Of a DNA stretch of 32,000 bases, positions 1 to 9,663 are shown one piece after another. The stretch spans positions 4,110,001 through 4,142,000 of the forward strand of contig NZ_CP015137.1 in the NCBI RefSeq assembly GCF_001644705.1, given 5' to 3'. The notes under the pieces were generated by a model that saw only the letters and a program-made list of their open reading frames with translations, was not told where the DNA came from and made no database searches. The translations under genes and the position numbers were made by a program. This DNA is from Dickeya solani IPO 2222 (lineage in GTDB: Bacteria > Pseudomonadota > Gammaproteobacteria > Enterobacterales > Enterobacteriaceae). Positions within the stretch are counted from its first letter, which is position 1, and each line of letters opens with the position of its first letter.

Positions 1-210
1 GGCGACCTGCAAATGAGCATCAGTCTGCTGCTGTTTATCGCGGTGTATCTGTCGGTATTCGGCGTCGGTTATGTCTATCTGGTAAGACTGATCAAGAAAG
101 GACCGCAAGCGGGAGAAGGCGACGCCGCGCCTGCCGGCGGTCCGGGGCAGCCGTCTACACCGGCGCGGCCGCTGTCCGCGGTGCCGGAAACGCTGGAAGA
201 GGGGAAATAA
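1..210 (+). CDS. cydA: cytochrome bd-type ubiquinol oxidase subunit I, C-terminal fragment (gene begins upstream of the window)
   Basis: The frame is open from base 1. It encodes a terminal hydrophobic helix (LLLFIAVYLSVFGVGYVYLV) and stops 1 nt before the subunit II start, the usual operon position 5' of a cydB-type gene. Confidence 0.8.
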   Translation, partial: GDLQMSISLLLFIAVYLSVFGVGYVYLVRLIKKGPQAGEGDAAPAGGPGQPSTPARPLSAVPETLEEGK

Positions 211-211
211 C

Positions 212-1219
212 GTGGGTATCGAACTTTCTGTCATCTGGTTCGCCATCATCATCTTCGCCACGCTGATGTACATCGTGATGGACGGCTTTGATCTGGGCAT
301 CGGCATGTTGTTTCCTTTTCATCGCCATGCCGCCGACCGGGACCTGATGGTCAATACCGTCGCGCCGGTGTGGGACGGCAACGAAACCTGGCTGGTGCTG
401 GGCGGCGCCGGGTTGTTTGGCGCGTTCCCGCTGGCCTACGCGGTAATTGTGGATGCGCTGACCATTCCGCTGACGCTGATGCTGGTTGGGCTGATTTTCC
501 GCGGCGTCGCGTTTGAGTTTCGCTTCAAGGCGACGCCGTCGCACCGTCCGTTCTGGGATCAGGCCTTTATGTGGGGCTCGCTGGTCGCCACCTTCTTTCA
601 GGGCGTCACCGTCGGCGCGGTGCTCAACGGTTTTGAGGTGACCGATCGCCATTTCTCCGGCCCGGTATTAGGCTGGTTGACGCCGTTTTCGCTGTTCTGC
701 GGCGTCGGGCTGGTGGTGGCGTATGCGTTGTTGGGGTGTACCTGGCTTATCATGAAAACCGGGCAGGAACTGCATCGACGCATGTCCGCGCTGGCGCCAT
801 CGCTGGTGGTGGCGTTGCTGGCGGTAATCGTGGTGATCAGTCTGTGGACCCCGCTGGCGCATCCGGCGATCAAACAGCGCTGGTTTTCGCTGCCTAACCT
901 GTTCTGGTTCCTGCCGGTTCCGCTGCTGGTGGCGGCCTGTGCGGCGGGAATAGTACGCGGCGTGCGCCGTCACGCGCATTATTCGCCGTTCCTGCTGACG
1001 TTAGCGCTGATTTTCCTCGGCTTTACCGGGCTCGGCATCAGCCTGTGGCCCATGATCATTCCGCCGTCGCTGACGCTGTGGGACGCCGCTGCGCCGGCGC
1101 AGAGTCAGGGGTTCATGCTGGTCGGCGCGCTGCTGATCATCCCGGTGATCCTCGGTTATACCTTCTGGAGCTACTACGTCTTTCGGGGAAAAGTCCGCCC
1201 GGATGAGGGGTACCACTGA
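212..1219 (+). CDS. cydB: cytochrome d ubiquinol oxidase subunit II, short CioB-like form (335 aa)
   Basis: GTG start at 212. The N-terminus MGIELSVIWFAIIIFATLMYIVMDGFDLGIGMLFPF is the conserved CydB/CioB motif. The protein is polytopic, and 335 aa fits the CIO type rather than the ~379-aa E. coli CydB/AppB. Confidence 0.92.
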   Translation: MGIELSVIWFAIIIFATLMYIVMDGFDLGIGMLFPFHRHAADRDLMVNTVAPVWDGNETWLVLGGAGLFGAFPLAYAVIVDALTIPLTLMLVGLIFRGVAFEFRFKATPSHRPFWDQAFMWGSLVATFFQGVTVGAVLNGFEVTDRHFSGPVLGWLTPFSLFCGVGLVVAYALLGCTWLIMKTGQELHRRMSALAPSLVVALLAVIVVISLWTPLAHPAIKQRWFSLPNLFWFLPVPLLVAACAAGIVRGVRRHAHYSPFLLTLALIFLGFTGLGISLWPMIIPPSLTLWDAAAPAQSQGFMLVGALLIIPVILGYTFWSYYVFRGKVRPDEGYH

Positions 1220-1260
1220 TGAAGCTTTTTGCCGTAAGAACAGCTTTTAAGGGCAGTGTA

Positions 1261-1413
1261 ATGGAGAGGGCGACCTCGCAAAAGCCGGTTCGACCGCTGT
1301 GGCGACGACTGGTATGGATGCTGGTGTTATGGAGCGCCAGCGTGCTGGCGCTGGGTGTGGTCGCCACGCTGTTTCGCCTGCTGATGACCGCCGCCGGGCT
1401 GAAAACGCACTGA
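1261..1413 (+). CDS. DUF2474-family small membrane protein (cio operon micro-protein); alternative start at 1219
   Basis: The segment PLWRRLVWMLVLWSASVLALGVVATLFRLLMTAAGL matches the DUF2474 pattern I recall downstream of cioAB. ATG 1261 has an AAGGG Shine-Dalgarno 7 nt upstream. ATG 1219 would overlap the cydB stop (TGATG). Confidence 0.7.
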   Translation: MERATSQKPVRPLWRRLVWMLVLWSASVLALGVVATLFRLLMTAAGLKTH

Positions 1414-1454
1414 TTATCCGCTGTCTTTGTTATCTGCATTTTTATCCGCATCCG

Positions 1455-1480
1455 ATGCCCGCCGGTTGTCCGGCGGGCAT
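1455..1480 (+). terminator. GC-rich stem-loop after the oxidase operon (possible terminator)
   Basis: A perfect 11-bp stem, atgcccgccgg / ccggcgggcat, with a ttgt loop. The 3' tail is only weakly T-rich (gttccgtt). Confidence 0.4.
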
Positions 1481-1620
1481 GTTCCGTTAACCGGGTAAAA
1501 CCGGTTCATTTCGCGTGCCTTACCTCCAGAGGGGTAGGGGATAAGCGTCATCCTATGACTCAGGTCAGGAAAGCTGGGTGGATTTCCGCTATGCTGAGCG
1601 CCAAAATAGTGAATGAAATC

Positions 1621-1644
1621 CGCTATATACAGGGTTATATACCG
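1621..1644. promoter_or_regulatory. ModE (molybdate-responsive regulator) operator-like palindrome upstream of moaA
   Basis: Sequence CGCTATATA-cagggt-TATATACCG is an inverted repeat matching 8 of 9 per arm. It fits the TATAT-spacer-TAYAT ModE operator pattern known for E. coli moaA and modA promoters. Confidence 0.6.
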
Positions 1645-1732
1645 TATTTTCAGTGACGAATAACCTGATTTGGCGATAGACTTCATGAAGCAATCACGGT
1701 TGTCCGGTGTCGGTGAAACCACGCCGGGAAAT

Positions 1733-1858
1733 CAAACTCCTAGCCCCGGAGCCTAAGTTCGCGCGCAAGCGAGGATAAGGTTCCCTGGCCGTGGCCGATG
1801 GTCACCAGGGTGCAGGGTAGAAATGCCCGCATCTCCCGTATTTGGAAAGGTGTTTATG
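1733..1858 (+). promoter_or_regulatory. Moco (molybdenum cofactor) riboswitch-like 5' leader of moaA
   Basis: The 3' part, gcatctcccgtatttggaaaggtgtttatgg, is nearly the E. coli moaA leader as I recall it (CCUCCCGUAUCUGGAAAGGUGUACAUGG). There is an internal long hairpin (ccctggccgtggcc-gat-ggtcaccaggg), and the element overlaps the moaA RBS and start. Confidence 0.7.
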
Positions 1859-2845
1859 GTGAGTCAACTGACCGATGCGTTTGCGCGCAAGTTTTACTAT
1901 TTGCGCCTGTCGATAACGGATGTCTGTAATTTCCGCTGTACCTATTGTCTGCCGGACGGCTACCAGCCGAATGGCGCGACGCCCCATCGTTTTCTGTCGC
2001 TGGATGAAATCCGCCGCGTCGGCCGGGCCTTTGCCGATTTGGGCACCGAAAAGGTGCGCCTGACCGGGGGCGAGCCGTCTTTGCGCCGGGATTTTGTCGA
2101 CATTATTGCCGCTATCCGCGAAAACCCGGCGATCCGCACGCTGGCGGTCACCACCAACGGTTACCGGCTGGCGCGGGATGTGGCGAGCTGGCGCGAAGCC
2201 GGTCTGACGGCGCTTAACGTCAGCGTCGACAGCCTGGATGCCCGTCAGTTTCACGCTATTACCGGGCAGGACAAATTTCGTCAGGTGATGGACGGCATTG
2301 ATGCCGCCTTCGCCAACGGATTTCGCCGGGTGAAAGTCAATACCGTACTGATGCGTGATGTCAACGACAGCAGTCTGCACACCTTTCTCGACTGGATCCG
2401 CACCCGGCCGATCCAACTGCGTTTTATTGAACTGATGGAAACCGGCGACGGGCGAGCGATGTTCCGCCGTCACCATGTGTCCGGTCAGGTGATCCGCGAG
2501 CGTCTGTTGCAGCAAGGCTGGCAACAACAGGTGCGAGCGCGCAGCGACGGCCCGGCGCAGGTGTTCTCGCACCCGGATTATCAGGGTGAGGTGGGGTTGA
2601 TCATGCCGTATGAGAAAGACTTTTGTCAGAGCTGCAACCGGCTGCGGGTGTCGGCCATCGGCAACCTGCACCTGTGCCTGTTTGGCGAGCAGGGCATACC
2701 GCTGCGTGATTTGCTGACGGATGACGACCAGCAGGAGGCGCTGAAGCTGCGTATTTCCGGCGGCCTGAGCAGCAAACGTCAGTCGCATTTTCTGCACGAC
2801 GGCAACAGCGGCATTACCCCGAATCTGTCCTTTATCGGCGGCTGA
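1856..2845 (+). CDS. moaA: GTP 3',8-cyclase MoaA (radical SAM)
   Basis: [33 protein letters not shown] is almost identical to E. coli MoaA. GGAAAGG Shine-Dalgarno lies at 1844-1850. The ORF-track start at 1823 is an upstream extension inside the riboswitch. Confidence 0.97.
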   Translation: MVSQLTDAFARKFYYLRLSITDVCNFRCTYCLPDGYQPNGATPHRFLSLDEIRRVGRAFADLGTEKVRLTGGEPSLRRDFVDIIAAIRENPAIRTLAVTTNGYRLARDVASWREAGLTALNVSVDSLDARQFHAITGQDKFRQVMDGIDAAFANGFRRVKVNTVLMRDVNDSSLHTFLDWIRTRPIQLRFIELMETGDGRAMFRRHHVSGQVIRERLLQQGWQQQVRARSDGPAQVFSHPDYQGEVGLIMPYEKDFCQSCNRLRVSAIGNLHLCLFGEQGIPLRDLLTDDDQQEALKLRISGGLSSKRQSHFLHDGNSGITPNLSFIGG

Positions 2846-2876
2846 ACAGGCCGCGCAATAGCGTTAAGGAGTGTTT

Positions 2877-3389
2877 ATGAGCAAGGTCAGCAGCGAATTT
2901 ATTCCTCTGCGCGTGGCGGTGATGACGGTGTCGTCACGCCGCACCGCCGCCGACGATACGTCCGGCGATTATCTGCGTGAAGCGTTGCAACATGACGGGC
3001 ATCATCTGGCCGGTAGCGTGATTGTCGGCGAAAACCTGTACCAGATCCGCGCGCAGGTCTCCGCCTGGATCGCCAGCGACGACGTACAGGTTGTCCTGAT
3101 CAACGGCGGCACCGGCTTTACGCCGGGCGACCTGGTGCCGGAGGCCGTCCGGGTGCTGTTCGACCGGGAAATCGACGGATTTGGCGAACTGTTCCGCATG
3201 GTGTCGTACGAAGAGATCGGCACCGCCACTATTCAGTCCCGCGCCATTGCCGGGCTGGCTAACCAGACGGCGATTTTCGGCGTGCCGGGGTCGACCAAAG
3301 CCTGTCATACCGCCTGGGAACGCATTATCCGCGAGCAACTGGATGCGCGCCAGAAACCCTGTAACCTCTATCCTCATTTGAAAAAGTAA
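2877..3389 (+). CDS. moaB: molybdenum cofactor biosynthesis protein B
   Basis: MSKVSSEFIPLRVAVMTVSSRR ... PCNLYPHLKK is collinear with E. coli MoaB. ATG 2877 follows a TAAGGAG Shine-Dalgarno. Confidence 0.96.
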   Translation: MSKVSSEFIPLRVAVMTVSSRRTAADDTSGDYLREALQHDGHHLAGSVIVGENLYQIRAQVSAWIASDDVQVVLINGGTGFTPGDLVPEAVRVLFDREIDGFGELFRMVSYEEIGTATIQSRAIAGLANQTAIFGVPGSTKACHTAWERIIREQLDARQKPCNLYPHLKK

Positions 3390-3395
3390 GCTGTT

Positions 3396-3878
3396 ATGTC
3401 ACAACTGACCCACATTAATGCAGCCGGCGAAGCGGCGATGGTGGATGTTTCCGACAAGGCGGACACGGTGCGCGAGGCGCGCGCCGAAGCCTTTGTGGAA
3501 ATGGCGCCGCAAACTCTAGCCATGATCATCGACGGGCGGCACCACAAGGGCGATGTCTTCGCCACCGCGCGTATCGCCGGCATCCAGGCCGCCAAGCGCA
3601 CCTGGGAACTGATCCCGCTGTGCCATCCGCTGTTGCTGAGCAAAGTGGCGGTGGAGCTGGAAGCCCAGCCGGAGCACAACCGGGTGCGGATTGAATCCCT
3701 GTGCCGACTGACCGGCAAGACCGGTGTGGAAATGGAAGCGCTGACCGCCGCCTCGGTGGCGGCGCTGACCATTTACGACATGTGCAAAGCGGTGCAGAAA
3801 GACATGGTGATCGGCCCGGTGAGGTTGCTGGCGAAAAGCGGCGGTAAATCCGGTGATTTCAGGGCGGAGGCATCATGA
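3396..3878 (+). CDS. moaC: cyclic pyranopterin monophosphate synthase MoaC
   Basis: [34 protein letters not shown] is near-identical to E. coli MoaC over the full length. Confidence 0.97.
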   Translation: MSQLTHINAAGEAAMVDVSDKADTVREARAEAFVEMAPQTLAMIIDGRHHKGDVFATARIAGIQAAKRTWELIPLCHPLLLSKVAVELEAQPEHNRVRIESLCRLTGKTGVEMEALTAASVAALTIYDMCKAVQKDMVIGPVRLLAKSGGKSGDFRAEAS

Positions 3879-4120
3879 TTAACGTGTTGTTTTTTGCACA
3901 GGTGCGAGAACTGACCGGCACCGACCGGCTCTCGCTGGCGGCGGAATACCAGGACGTGGCGTCGTTACGACAGGCGCTGTGCGCGCAGGGCGACCGCTGG
4001 GCGCTGGCGCTGGAAGACGGCAAGTTGCTGGCGGCGGTGAATCAGTCGCTGGTGGCGATGTCGCACCCGCTGACCGATGGCGATGAAGTGGCGTTTTTCC
4101 CGCCGGTGACCGGAGGCTGA
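3875..4120 (+). CDS. moaD: molybdopterin synthase sulfur-carrier subunit MoaD
   Basis: 81 aa ending in FFPPVTGG, the diagnostic C-terminal GG. ATGA overlap with moaC. Confidence 0.96.
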   Translation: MINVLFFAQVRELTGTDRLSLAAEYQDVASLRQALCAQGDRWALALEDGKLLAAVNQSLVAMSHPLTDGDEVAFFPPVTGG

Positions 4121-4122
4121 AT

Positions 4123-4572
4123 ATGGAGACGCGCATTCGGGTAGGGGAAGCGCCGTTCAGCGTGGGCGACGAGTACGCCTGGCTGGCGGCGAGCGATGCG
4201 GACGGCGCGGTGGTAACGTTCACCGGCAAAGTCCGGAATCACAATCTGGGTGATCACGTCAGCGCGCTGACGCTGGAACATTATCCGGGTATGACGGAAA
4301 AAGCGCTGACTGAGATTGTCGACGCGGCGCGGCAGCGCTGGCCGATTCAGCGCGTGAGCCTGATCCACCGCGTCGGCGCGCTCTATCCCGGCGACGAGAT
4401 CGTGTTTGTCGGCGTCAGCGGCGCCCACCGCCATGCATCGTTCGATGCGGCGCAATTCATCATGGATTACCTCAAAACGCGCGCGCCGTTCTGGAAGCAA
4501 GAAGCGACGTCAGATGGCGATCGCTGGGTGGACGCCCGCGATAGCGATCGGCAGGCCGCAGAACGCTGGTAA
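4123..4572 (+). CDS. moaE: molybdopterin synthase catalytic subunit MoaE
   Basis: VVTFTGKVRNHNLGD ... LEHYPGMTEKAL ... DYLKTRAPFWK match E. coli MoaE. The start is 2 nt after the moaD stop. Confidence 0.96.
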   Translation: METRIRVGEAPFSVGDEYAWLAASDADGAVVTFTGKVRNHNLGDHVSALTLEHYPGMTEKALTEIVDAARQRWPIQRVSLIHRVGALYPGDEIVFVGVSGAHRHASFDAAQFIMDYLKTRAPFWKQEATSDGDRWVDARDSDRQAAERW

Positions 4573-4580
4573 TGGCAGAG

Positions 4581-4602
4581 GCGGCGGATTGATTGCCGCC
4601 GC
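4581..4602 (+). terminator. weak stem-loop after moaE (possible terminator)
   Basis: A 7-bp GC stem, gcggcgg / ccgccgc, with an 8-nt loop, 9 nt after the moaE stop. The tail is not clearly T-rich. Confidence 0.3.
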
Positions 4603-4697
4603 TGTATGATTCGCGACGGAATAATTTCACCGGCTAAAAAAAAGCGATAAAAAGCAGTAAATTATAAAATTTGCATTAAAATAGTGTTAAGAGAATA

Positions 4698-4716
4698 ATT
4701 AATAAGAATCATTATT
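4698..4716. promoter_or_regulatory. Fur box in the AT-rich promoter region of the iron ABC transporter
   Basis: attaataagaatcattatt matches the 19-bp Fur consensus GATAATGATAATCATTATC at 14 of 19 positions (my hand alignment). A second partial GATAATGA lies at 4736-4743. Both sit in a markedly AT-rich spacer about 100 bp upstream of fbpA. Confidence 0.65.
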
Positions 4717-4818
4717 ATTTCTATTTTAGTGCAACGATAATGAGCCAGCGGTTATGTGCCGCCTGATTCGCTTTTATTGTCATACAGTTAATTGCCATAC
4801 AGTGAAAAGGATAATGGT

Positions 4819-5835
4819 ATGAAACGGCGTATTGCTTCTCTGTTCCCCGCCACCCTGCTGGCGTCTTCCCTGATGATGGGATTCTCCTTCGGCGCGCAGG
4901 CGGAGGATGAAGGTCTTGTGATTTACAACGCGCAGCACGAAAATCTGGTGAAATCCTGGGTGGACGGTTTTACTCAGGACACCGGCATCAAAGTCACGCT
5001 GCGTAATGGCGGCGACAGTGAATTGGGCAACCAACTGGTGCAGGAAGGCAATTCCTCTCCGGCCGACGTATTCCTGACCGAAAACTCGCCGTCAATGGTA
5101 CTGGTGGATAACGCGAATCTGTTCGCGCCGCTGGATGCCGATACGCAGGCACAGGTGGAGCCGCAGTATCGTCCGTCCCACGGTCGTTGGGTAGGCATCG
5201 CCGCCCGCTCGACGGTGTTTGTCTACAATCCGGAAAAACTGACTGAAGCACAACTGCCGAAGTCTCTGATGGATCTGGCCAAACCGGAATGGAAAGGCCG
5301 CTGGGCAGCGTCTCCGTCAGGTGCCGACTTCCAGGCGATCGTCAGCGCGATGCTGGAACTGAAAGGCGAAAAAGCGACGCTGGAATGGCTGAAGGCGATG
5401 AAAACCAACTTCACCGCCTATAAAGGCAACAGCACGGTGATGAAAGCGGTGAACGCCGGTCAGATCGACAGCGGCGTTATTTACCACTACTACCCGTTTG
5501 TCGACGGCGCTAAAACCGGCGAAAACAGCAAAAATATCCGTCTGTACTATTTCAAACATCAGGATCCGGGCGCGTTCGTCAGCATCTCCGGCGGCGGCGT
5601 GCTGGCGTCCAGCAAACATAAACAACAGGCTCAGGCCTTTATCAAGTGGATCACCGGCAAGAAAGGTCAGGAAGTGCTGCGCACCAACACCGCTTTTGAA
5701 TACGCGGTGGGCGTAAATGCCGCTTCCAACCCGAAACTGGTGCCGCTGAAAGACCTGCAGTCGCCGAAAGTGGACGCCGCCAAACTCAACGGCAAGAAAG
5801 TGGTTGAACTGATGACCGAAGCAGGTCTGCTGTAA
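4819..5835 (+). CDS. fbpA: Fe(3+) ABC transporter periplasmic substrate-binding protein (SfuA/YfuA/AfuA/FbpA family)
   Basis: Signal peptide [28 protein letters not shown]. The mature part, [41 protein letters not shown], is as in Serratia SfuA as I recall it. AAAGGA Shine-Dalgarno precedes ATG 4819. Confidence 0.93.
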   Translation: MKRRIASLFPATLLASSLMMGFSFGAQAEDEGLVIYNAQHENLVKSWVDGFTQDTGIKVTLRNGGDSELGNQLVQEGNSSPADVFLTENSPSMVLVDNANLFAPLDADTQAQVEPQYRPSHGRWVGIAARSTVFVYNPEKLTEAQLPKSLMDLAKPEWKGRWAASPSGADFQAIVSAMLELKGEKATLEWLKAMKTNFTAYKGNSTVMKAVNAGQIDSGVIYHYYPFVDGAKTGENSKNIRLYYFKHQDPGAFVSISGGGVLASSKHKQQAQAFIKWITGKKGQEVLRTNTAFEYAVGVNAASNPKLVPLKDLQSPKVDAAKLNGKKVVELMTEAGLL

Positions 5836-5869
5836 TGCGTCAGTGCAGGGCGGGAGTACAGTAAGGCAT

Positions 5870-7462
5870 ATGGCCGATGTGGAATGGAAAGTCGCCGGCG
5901 TCGGTGTGACCCGACCGGCGCGACCGGGGGCTCGGCCATACCGGATAGCCGGCGGCGGCATGGCGCTGATGGCCTTGCTGTTGTCGTTGCTGGCGTTGCT
6001 GCCGCTGGGTTTCGTGGTGGGTATCACCCTCGAAACCGACTGGGAAACGATAAAAGCGCTGGTGTTCCGGCCGCGGGTCGGGGAGCTGCTGCTTAATACC
6101 GTATTACTGGTGGCGGTGACGCTGCCGCTCTGCACGCTGCTCGGGGTGGCGCTGGCCTGGCTGACCGAGCGCACCACGTTGCCGGGCCGTCGCGTGTGGT
6201 CGCTGTTGTTGACCGCGCCGCTGGCGGTGCCGGCCTTTGTCCAAAGTTACGCCTGGATCAGCCTGTTGCCCGGTATGAATGGCCTGGCGGCGGGCGTGTT
6301 CCTGTCGGTTCTCGCCTATTTCCCGTTTATTTATTTGCCGGCGGCGGCGGTGCTGCGTCGGCTTGATCCCAGCCTGGAAGATGTGGCGACCTCGCTGGGC
6401 GCCAGACCCTGGCGCGTTTTTTTTCGTGTGGTGCTGCCGCAACTGCGGTTGGCGGTATGGGGCGGTTCGCTGCTGATTGCGTTGCATCTGCTGGCGGAAT
6501 ACGGCCTGTACGCCATGATTCGCTTCGATACCTTCACCACCGCGATTTTCGAACAGTTTCAGTCTACCTTTAACGGCCTGGCGGCAAACATGCTGGCGGG
6601 CGTGCTGGTGTTGTGCTGTCTGGGGCTGTTGTTGCTGGAAGCGCTTACCCGTGGACGCGCGCGCTATGCCCGCGTCGGCTCCGGCAGCGCCCGCAGCCAG
6701 ATGCCCTGGCGACTATCGCCGGCGGCGGCGCTGATTTGCGCTTTGTTGCCGTTGGCGTTAACCGTGCTGGCGCTGGGCGTACCGCTGATGACGCTCGCCC
6801 GCTGGCTGTGGCTCGGTGGCCTGGAGGTGTGGCGCAATAACGAACTGTGGCCCGCGCTGCGTCAGACACTGTGGCTGGGCATGAGCGGCGCGGTGCTGGT
6901 GACGCTGTGCGCGTTTCCGATGGCCTGGCTGTCGGTGCGCCATCCGTCGCGGTTGTATCGCCTGCTGGAAGGTTGTAATTACATCACCAGCGCGCTGCCG
7001 GGCATCGTAGTGGCGCTGGCGTTGGTCACCGTAACCATTCATACCCTGCGGCCGCTGTATCAGACCGAATTTACCCTACTGCTGGCTTATGTGCTGATGT
7101 TTATGCCGCGGGCGTTGATTAACCTGCGCGCCGGCATTGCGCAGGCGCCGGTGGAATTGGAAAACGTTGCGCGCAGTCTGGGATGTTCGCCCGGACGGAC
7201 GCTATGGCGTATCACGTTGCGGCTGGCGGCGCCGGGCGCAGCGGCCGGGGCGGCGATGGTGTTTCTCGCCGTCACCAACGAATTGACCGCCACGCTATTG
7301 CTGGCGCCGAACGGCACCCGCACGCTGGCGACCGGCTTTTGGGCGTTAACCAGTGAAATCGATTATATGGCGGCCGCGCCCTACGCGCTGATTATGGTGG
7401 TGCTGTCGCTTCCACTGACCTGGTTGCTCTATTCTCAATCGAAACGTACGGCAGGTTTATGA
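5870..7462 (+). CDS. fbpB: Fe(3+) ABC transporter permease (double-domain, SfuB/FbpB type); start uncertain (GTG 5843 and ATG 5960 are alternatives)
   Basis: About 530 aa, polytopic, with two repeated permease halves, as expected for the fused FbpB/SfuB permease. Its stop overlaps the ATPase start (ATGA). Confidence 0.9.
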   Translation: MADVEWKVAGVGVTRPARPGARPYRIAGGGMALMALLLSLLALLPLGFVVGITLETDWETIKALVFRPRVGELLLNTVLLVAVTLPLCTLLGVALAWLTERTTLPGRRVWSLLLTAPLAVPAFVQSYAWISLLPGMNGLAAGVFLSVLAYFPFIYLPAAAVLRRLDPSLEDVATSLGARPWRVFFRVVLPQLRLAVWGGSLLIALHLLAEYGLYAMIRFDTFTTAIFEQFQSTFNGLAANMLAGVLVLCCLGLLLLEALTRGRARYARVGSGSARSQMPWRLSPAAALICALLPLALTVLALGVPLMTLARWLWLGGLEVWRNNELWPALRQTLWLGMSGAVLVTLCAFPMAWLSVRHPSRLYRLLEGCNYITSALPGIVVALALVTVTIHTLRPLYQTEFTLLLAYVLMFMPRALINLRAGIAQAPVELENVARSLGCSPGRTLWRITLRLAAPGAAAGAAMVFLAVTNELTATLLLAPNGTRTLATGFWALTSEIDYMAAAPYALIMVVLSLPLTWLLYSQSKRTAGL

Positions 7463-8493
7463 ATACGCTTGAACTTTATGGCATCGGCAAATCTTTCAAT
7501 GCCGTCACGGTGCTGGACGGCATCGATTTGCAGGTTGCACCGGGCAGCCGTACCGCGATTGTCGGCCCCTCCGGTTCCGGCAAGACAACGTTGCTGCGTA
7601 TCATTGCCGGTTTCGAGGCGCCGGATAGCGGCAGCGTGCGGCTGCAAACGCGCGTGGTGGCGGACGCGAACCAGTGGGTGCCGGCGCATCAGCGCGGCAT
7701 CGGCTTTGTACCGCAGGACGGCGCGCTGTTTCCGCATTTTACCGTAGCGCAGAACATCGGTTTCGGGCTTGACGGCAGCAAGCCGGATAAACAGCGACGC
7801 ATCGATGAACTGATGGCGATGGTGTCGCTGGACTCGCGGCTGGCGTCACTGTGGCCGCATGAATTGTCCGGCGGCCAGCAACAGCGGGTGGCGTTGGCGC
7901 GCGCGTTGTCTCAGCGTCCGACGCTGATGCTGCTGGATGAACCTTTCTCGGCGCTGGATACCGGCCTGCGCGCCGCTACCCGTCAGGCGGTGTCTGCCCT
8001 GCTGGCGGAGGCGGGCGTGGCGTCGATTCTGGTAACCCATGATCAGGCCGAGGCATTGTCGTTTGCCGATCAGGTAGCGGTCATGCGGCAAGGGCGACTG
8101 GTGCAGGTGGGATCGCCGCAGTCGCTGTATCTGCGCCCGGTGGATGAAGCCGCCGCCGCGTTTCTTGGCGATACGCTGGTGCTGTCGGCGCAGTTGAAAG
8201 ACGGGCGTGCCGCGTGCGCGCTGGGCGATATCGCGGTTGACGATAATCAGTCCGCCGGGGCGGTGCGCATCATGCTGCGGCCGGAGCAGATTCAGGTCAC
8301 GCTGGCCGAGCCGTCGGCGCCGCCGCAGGCGGTGGTGGCGAACATCGAATTCGCCGGATTTGTGTCCACGCTGCGCCTGCGGATGACGAATAGCGCGCAG
8401 GTGATCGAACTAAAAAGCGTTAGCCGGGAAGACATCGCGGTCGGTTGCGGCGTCAATCTGACGGTCGCCGGGCGGGCACACCGGTTGGATTAG
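7459..8493 (+). CDS. fbpC: Fe(3+) import ABC transporter ATP-binding protein
   Basis: Walker [10 protein letters not shown], signature [15 protein letters not shown], Walker [13 protein letters not shown], and a C-terminal TOBE-like regulatory domain. Confidence 0.94.
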   Translation: MNTLELYGIGKSFNAVTVLDGIDLQVAPGSRTAIVGPSGSGKTTLLRIIAGFEAPDSGSVRLQTRVVADANQWVPAHQRGIGFVPQDGALFPHFTVAQNIGFGLDGSKPDKQRRIDELMAMVSLDSRLASLWPHELSGGQQQRVALARALSQRPTLMLLDEPFSALDTGLRAATRQAVSALLAEAGVASILVTHDQAEALSFADQVAVMRQGRLVQVGSPQSLYLRPVDEAAAAFLGDTLVLSAQLKDGRAACALGDIAVDDNQSAGAVRIMLRPEQIQVTLAEPSAPPQAVVANIEFAGFVSTLRLRMTNSAQVIELKSVSREDIAVGCGVNLTVAGRAHRLD

Positions 8494-8647
8494 CGGCGGC
8501 GCGCTCTTCCACCGTGGGCAGGGCATGGCCTCAATAAATCGCTGCTTCCGTTGAAGAAGCGTTATCCGTCGCGCACACCGTTTTGTGTTAAGCTGAAATC
8601 AGGTGGGCGCAAGCCCGTTCCGTTTCACTTCATGCAAAGGTTGTATC

Positions 8648-9358
8648 ATGGATCGATTTCCACGTTCTAACGGTTCCATCGTTCAGCAGGCCACCACCGG
8701 TCTGCAAACCTATATGGCGCAGGTCTATGGTTGGATGACCTGCGGTCTGTTGCTGACTGCGTTTGTTGCCTGGTATGCCGCCAACACCCCGGCGGTGTTG
8801 CAGATGGTGTTCTCCAGCAAGATCACCTTCTTTGGGCTGGTGATTGCCCAACTGGGGCTGGTGTTTGTGCTGTCCGGCATGGTGCACCGTCTGAGCGGCG
8901 GCGTCGCCACCACGCTGTTCATGCTTTACTCGGCGCTGACCGGCCTGACGCTGTCCAGTATTTTCATCGTCTATTCCGGCGAGTCCATCGCCAGCACCTT
9001 TGTAATTACTGGCGGCATGTTCGGCGTCATGAGCCTGTACGGCTATGTCACCAAACGCGACCTGACCGGCATGGGCAGCATGTTGTTCATGGCGCTGATC
9101 GGTATTCTGCTGGCGACCCTGGTGAATTTCTGGCTGAAAAGCGAAGGGTTACAGCTTGCCATCACCTACATCGGGGTGCTGGTGTTTGTCGGCCTGACCG
9201 CTTATGACACGCAGAAACTGAAAAACATCGGTGAAGAGCTGTCGGTCGATGATCGTGATAGCTTCCGCAAGTATTCGATCATGGGCGCGTTGACCCTGTA
9301 TCTTGATTTCATCAACCTGTTCCTGATGCTGCTGCGCCTGTTCGGTAGCCGTCGTTGA
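8648..9358 (+). CDS. ybhL: Bax-inhibitor-1/YccA family inner membrane protein YbhL
   Basis: MDRFPRSNGSIVQQ..GLQTYMAQVYGWMT ... LTLYLDFINLFLMLLRLFGSRR is collinear with E. coli YbhL. AAAGG Shine-Dalgarno lies 7 nt before ATG 8648. The track start at 8603 is an extension. Confidence 0.94.
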   Translation: MDRFPRSNGSIVQQATTGLQTYMAQVYGWMTCGLLLTAFVAWYAANTPAVLQMVFSSKITFFGLVIAQLGLVFVLSGMVHRLSGGVATTLFMLYSALTGLTLSSIFIVYSGESIASTFVITGGMFGVMSLYGYVTKRDLTGMGSMLFMALIGILLATLVNFWLKSEGLQLAITYIGVLVFVGLTAYDTQKLKNIGEELSVDDRDSFRKYSIMGALTLYLDFINLFLMLLRLFGSRR

Positions 9359-9663
9359 GGGGCTGTTGACAAACAGCGGGATTGTTTTGTGAACGGCGAG
9401 GTCTGTTCGGCTTGAGAGCAATTTCGTGCGAGATACATGGTGTAGTTTCTTTGCTGCATCATCTCACGCACGACAAGGAGAGGCTCAACGCCGCCTCTCC
9501 TTGACCTCAGGCTGGTGGCTAAACTGCGCCGCTGGCGCGGTACCTTCGGCATCCGCCTTCGCTGTTCGGGCCGCTCGTGACGCGCTCCCGGCGCGGCACG
9601 AGCTTTCGCCGCGTCCATGCGGCTCACCCGGCGAAGTCGTCCACCTCAGCACAGTTTTTGACG

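Noticed and set aside
1414-1722. A 102-aa minus-strand ORF in the cio-moaA intergenic region.
   Set aside because: It has no RBS and no recognisable family. It overlaps the ModE operator and the terminator hairpin, so regulatory DNA explains the region better.
1802-2797. A 331-aa ORF antisense to moaA. Similar long antisense ORFs occur at 2934-3377, 3374-3772, 3879-4229 and 4042-4500 opposite moaB-E.
   Set aside because: They lie fully opposite genes with near-identical E. coli orthologs. Their products are Arg/Ala/Gln-rich and low in complexity, which is typical of stop-codon-poor frames in GC-rich DNA.
5317-6177. A 286-aa minus-strand ORF spanning the fbpA/fbpB junction.
   Set aside because: It is antisense to two well-supported transporter genes, with no RBS and no recognisable domain.
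8494-8647. Small hairpins after fbpC (gctgcttc-cgtt-gaagaagc, and gggc-gcaa-gccc).
   Set aside because: The stems are short or mismatched and lack U-tracts, so they are not convincing enough to annotate as terminators or RNA elements.
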